Source: Escherichia coli
GTDB taxonomy: Bacteria > Pseudomonadota > Gammaproteobacteria > Enterobacterales > Enterobacteriaceae
DNA length: 397 nt
Direction: 5' to 3' (one strand)
NCBI RefSeq assembly: GCF_003334315.1
Contig: NZ_QOWR01000135.1
Part shown: piece after piece, positions 1 to 397 of the stretch
Numbering within the stretch: the stretch's first letter is position 1
Layout of the letters: each line of letters starts with the position of its first letter
The notes under the pieces: model-generated
Database searches by the model: none
The model's input: the letters and a program-made list of their open reading frames with translations, nothing else
What the model was told of the DNA's origin: nothing
Position numbers and translations under genes: made by a program

Positions 1-159
1 CAGCCTGCCGTGACGGTCATACCGGTAAAGATAGTGCGCGTCACGGGCGATACGGTTATCCGGCCACATGCTGAGGGTGCTGTCCGGGTGCAGCTCCGGG
101 TCGGGCAGGCGGTTACCTGCCGGGTCTGTGGCATACGGGATATCAATGCCCAGGTTACA
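1..159 (-). CDS. Rhs-family YD-repeat protein, internal core fragment (partial; 5'-truncated, 3' end continues beyond window position 1); probable orphan rhs cassette or rhs pseudogene
   Basis: Reverse-complement frame with codons 159-157 down to 3-1 is open for 53 codons: [53 protein letters not shown]. It ends in the Rhs/YD-repeat signature Y-R-Y-D-x-x-G-R-L and closely resembles, from memory, an E. coli Rhs core segment (...[40 protein letters not shown]). GC about 63% versus about 29% in the adjacent spacer. The same frame stays open upstream to 186 ([11 protein letters not shown]-rich, no Rhs similarity) and is closed by TAA at 189-187; the open stretch 186-1 has no ATG/GTG/TTG before the Rhs-like sequence (first in-frame ATG is at 69-67). 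Confidence 0.85.
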
Positions 160-321
160 TATAATAATAAGAGCAATTAACTTAATTTATTTGTTTATAA
201 TGCGCTTACTTAATACAAACCATTGAATATACCCTCCTGACAGAAAATAAAGCCATATTATTATCGCCATAATATACTTACTATCAATCCTTACGCCAAT
301 AATGTCTGATACAGTCCCTAT
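160..321. other. AT-rich spacer (about 29% GC) between the Rhs core fragment and IS1
   Basis: Hand count gives 46 G+C in 161-320, against 95 G+C in 1-150. The composition changes abruptly around 150-160, where the Rhs-like sequence ends. Confidence 0.7.
187..321 (-). pseudogene. 3' remnant of an ORF interrupted by IS1 (hypothetical small hydrophobic protein; possibly an Rhs-associated immunity gene)
   Basis: Minus-strand frame starting at 321 is open for 44 codons (IGTVSDIIGVRIDSKYIMAIIIWLYFLSGGYIQWFVLSKRIINK) and stops at TAA 189-187. The other two minus-strand frames hit stops within their first 12 codons (TAG 320-318 and TAA 293-291; TGA 286-284). The open frame abuts the IS1 end at 322, and within IS1 the same frame has a stop at 339-337, so it is not read out of the element. 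Only internal ATG is at 270-268, with no convincing Shine-Dalgarno. Confidence 0.3.
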
Positions 322-344
322 GGTGATGATGCCAACTTACTGAT
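322..344 (+). repeat. IS1 left terminal inverted repeat (IRL, about 23 bp)
   Basis: GGTGATGATGCCAACTTACTGAT at the element boundary. Contains an IHF-like site on the complementary strand (about 333-345, CAACTTACTGATT read as YAANNNNcTGATW, 5/6 in the conserved hexamer); IHF binding within IS1 ends is established knowledge. Confidence 0.8.
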
Positions 345-356
345 TTAGTGTATGAT
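329..356 (+). promoter_or_regulatory. insA promoter (PIRL), partly within IRL: -35-like ATGCCA (329-334), 16-nt spacer, -10 TATGAT (351-356)
   Basis: Hexamers read directly from the sequence; -10 TATGAT is 5/6 to TATAAT. The IS1 transposase promoter is known to overlap IRL and to be repressed by InsA binding there. Exact hexamer assignment is my inference. Confidence 0.45.
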
Positions 357-376
357 GGTGTTTTTGAGGTGCTCCA

Positions 377-397
377 GTGGCTTCTGTTTCTATCAGC
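377..397 (+). CDS. insA: IS1 InsA (transposition regulator / N-terminal part of the InsAB' transposase), first 7 codons only
   Basis: GTG start at 377-379 preceded by Shine-Dalgarno GAGGTG (366-371, 5-nt spacing) and an in-frame TGA at 365-367. Codons GTG GCT TCT GTT TCT ATC AGC give (M)ASVSIS, matching the InsA N-terminus MASVSISCPSC. Frame ends exactly at the window edge. Confidence 0.85.

Larger units (their letters stand above)
322..397 (+). mobile_element. IS1 insertion sequence, left end (partial; element continues beyond window end)
   Basis: 322-397 GGTGATGATGCCAACTTACTGATTTAGTGTATGATGGTGTTTTTGAGGTGCTCCAGTGGCTTCTGTTTCTATCAGC matches the IS1 left terminus as I recall it (GGTGATGCTGCCAACTTACTGATTTAGTGTATGATGGTGTTTTTGAGGTGCTCCAGTGGCTTCTGTTTCTATCAGC) with one mismatch at 329. 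Followed by the insA start with the expected N-terminus. Confidence 0.9.

Noticed and set aside
8-46. 8-bp inverted repeat CCGTGACG (8-15) / CGTCACGG (39-46) separated by 23 nt
   Set aside because: It is inside the Rhs coding sequence, with a long loop and no following U-tract. Most likely incidental to GC-rich repeat-encoding sequence, not a terminator or regulatory hairpin.
158-160. Minus-strand ATG at 160-158, right at the Rhs fragment 5' edge, as a possible start codon
   Set aside because: It is out of frame with the Rhs reading frame and is followed immediately by TAA (ATGTAA), so it cannot initiate the Rhs fragment.
68-226. Plus-strand ORF from ATG 68-70 to TGA 224-226 (52 codons)
   Set aside because: It lies antisense to the Rhs YD-repeat frame, which has a recognisable protein motif. 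GC-rich coding DNA commonly has open antisense frames, and this one runs on into the AT-rich spacer with no SD. Treated as a shadow ORF.
237-264. Sigma70-like promoter on the plus strand (CTGACA 237-242, 16-nt spacer, TATTAT 259-264) pointing toward IS1
   Set aside because: Hexamer matches like this arise readily in 29% GC DNA and there is no downstream plus-strand gene other than IS1, which has its own promoter. Not supportable without transcript data.
187-270. Independent 27-codon small protein starting at minus-strand ATG 270-268 (MAIIIWLYFLSGGYIQWFVLSKRIINK)
   Set aside because: There is no recognisable Shine-Dalgarno upstream and the frame is open well upstream of this ATG to the IS1 junction, so it is more economically explained as the tail of a longer interrupted gene. 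Retained only as part of the pseudogene call.
1-397. Search for tRNA, rRNA, CRISPR repeats or tandem repeats
   Set aside because: No cloverleaf-compatible segment, no repeated spacer-repeat units and no tandem periodicity seen. Short recurring TATCAAT-like motifs (141-147, 281-287) are too short and too AT-biased to be meaningful.

Overview
This 397-bp window is a three-part junction made of known families, not a self-contained novel system. (1) Positions 1-159 are GC-rich (about 63% by hand count) and carry, on the minus strand, an open frame that translates to [53 protein letters not shown]. This is an Rhs-family YD-repeat core fragment (YxYDxxGRL motif) that continues leftwards out of the window and has no canonical start codon at its 5' side. 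(2) Positions 160-321 are an AT-rich spacer (about 29% GC) in which only one minus-strand frame is open, from the IS1 boundary to a TAA at 189-187; this looks like the 3' remnant of a gene interrupted by the insertion. (3) Positions 322-397 are the left end of an IS1 insertion sequence: terminal inverted repeat, insA promoter and Shine-Dalgarno, and the first seven codons of insA (GTG-GCT-TCT-GTT-TCT-ATC-AGC = M/V-A-S-V-S-I-S). No tRNA, rRNA or CRISPR is visible. The part most likely to be novel, the variable C-terminal toxin domain of the Rhs fragment and its immunity gene, lies outside the window to the left of position 1 and cannot be assessed here. All family assignments are from reading and recall, not from a database search.
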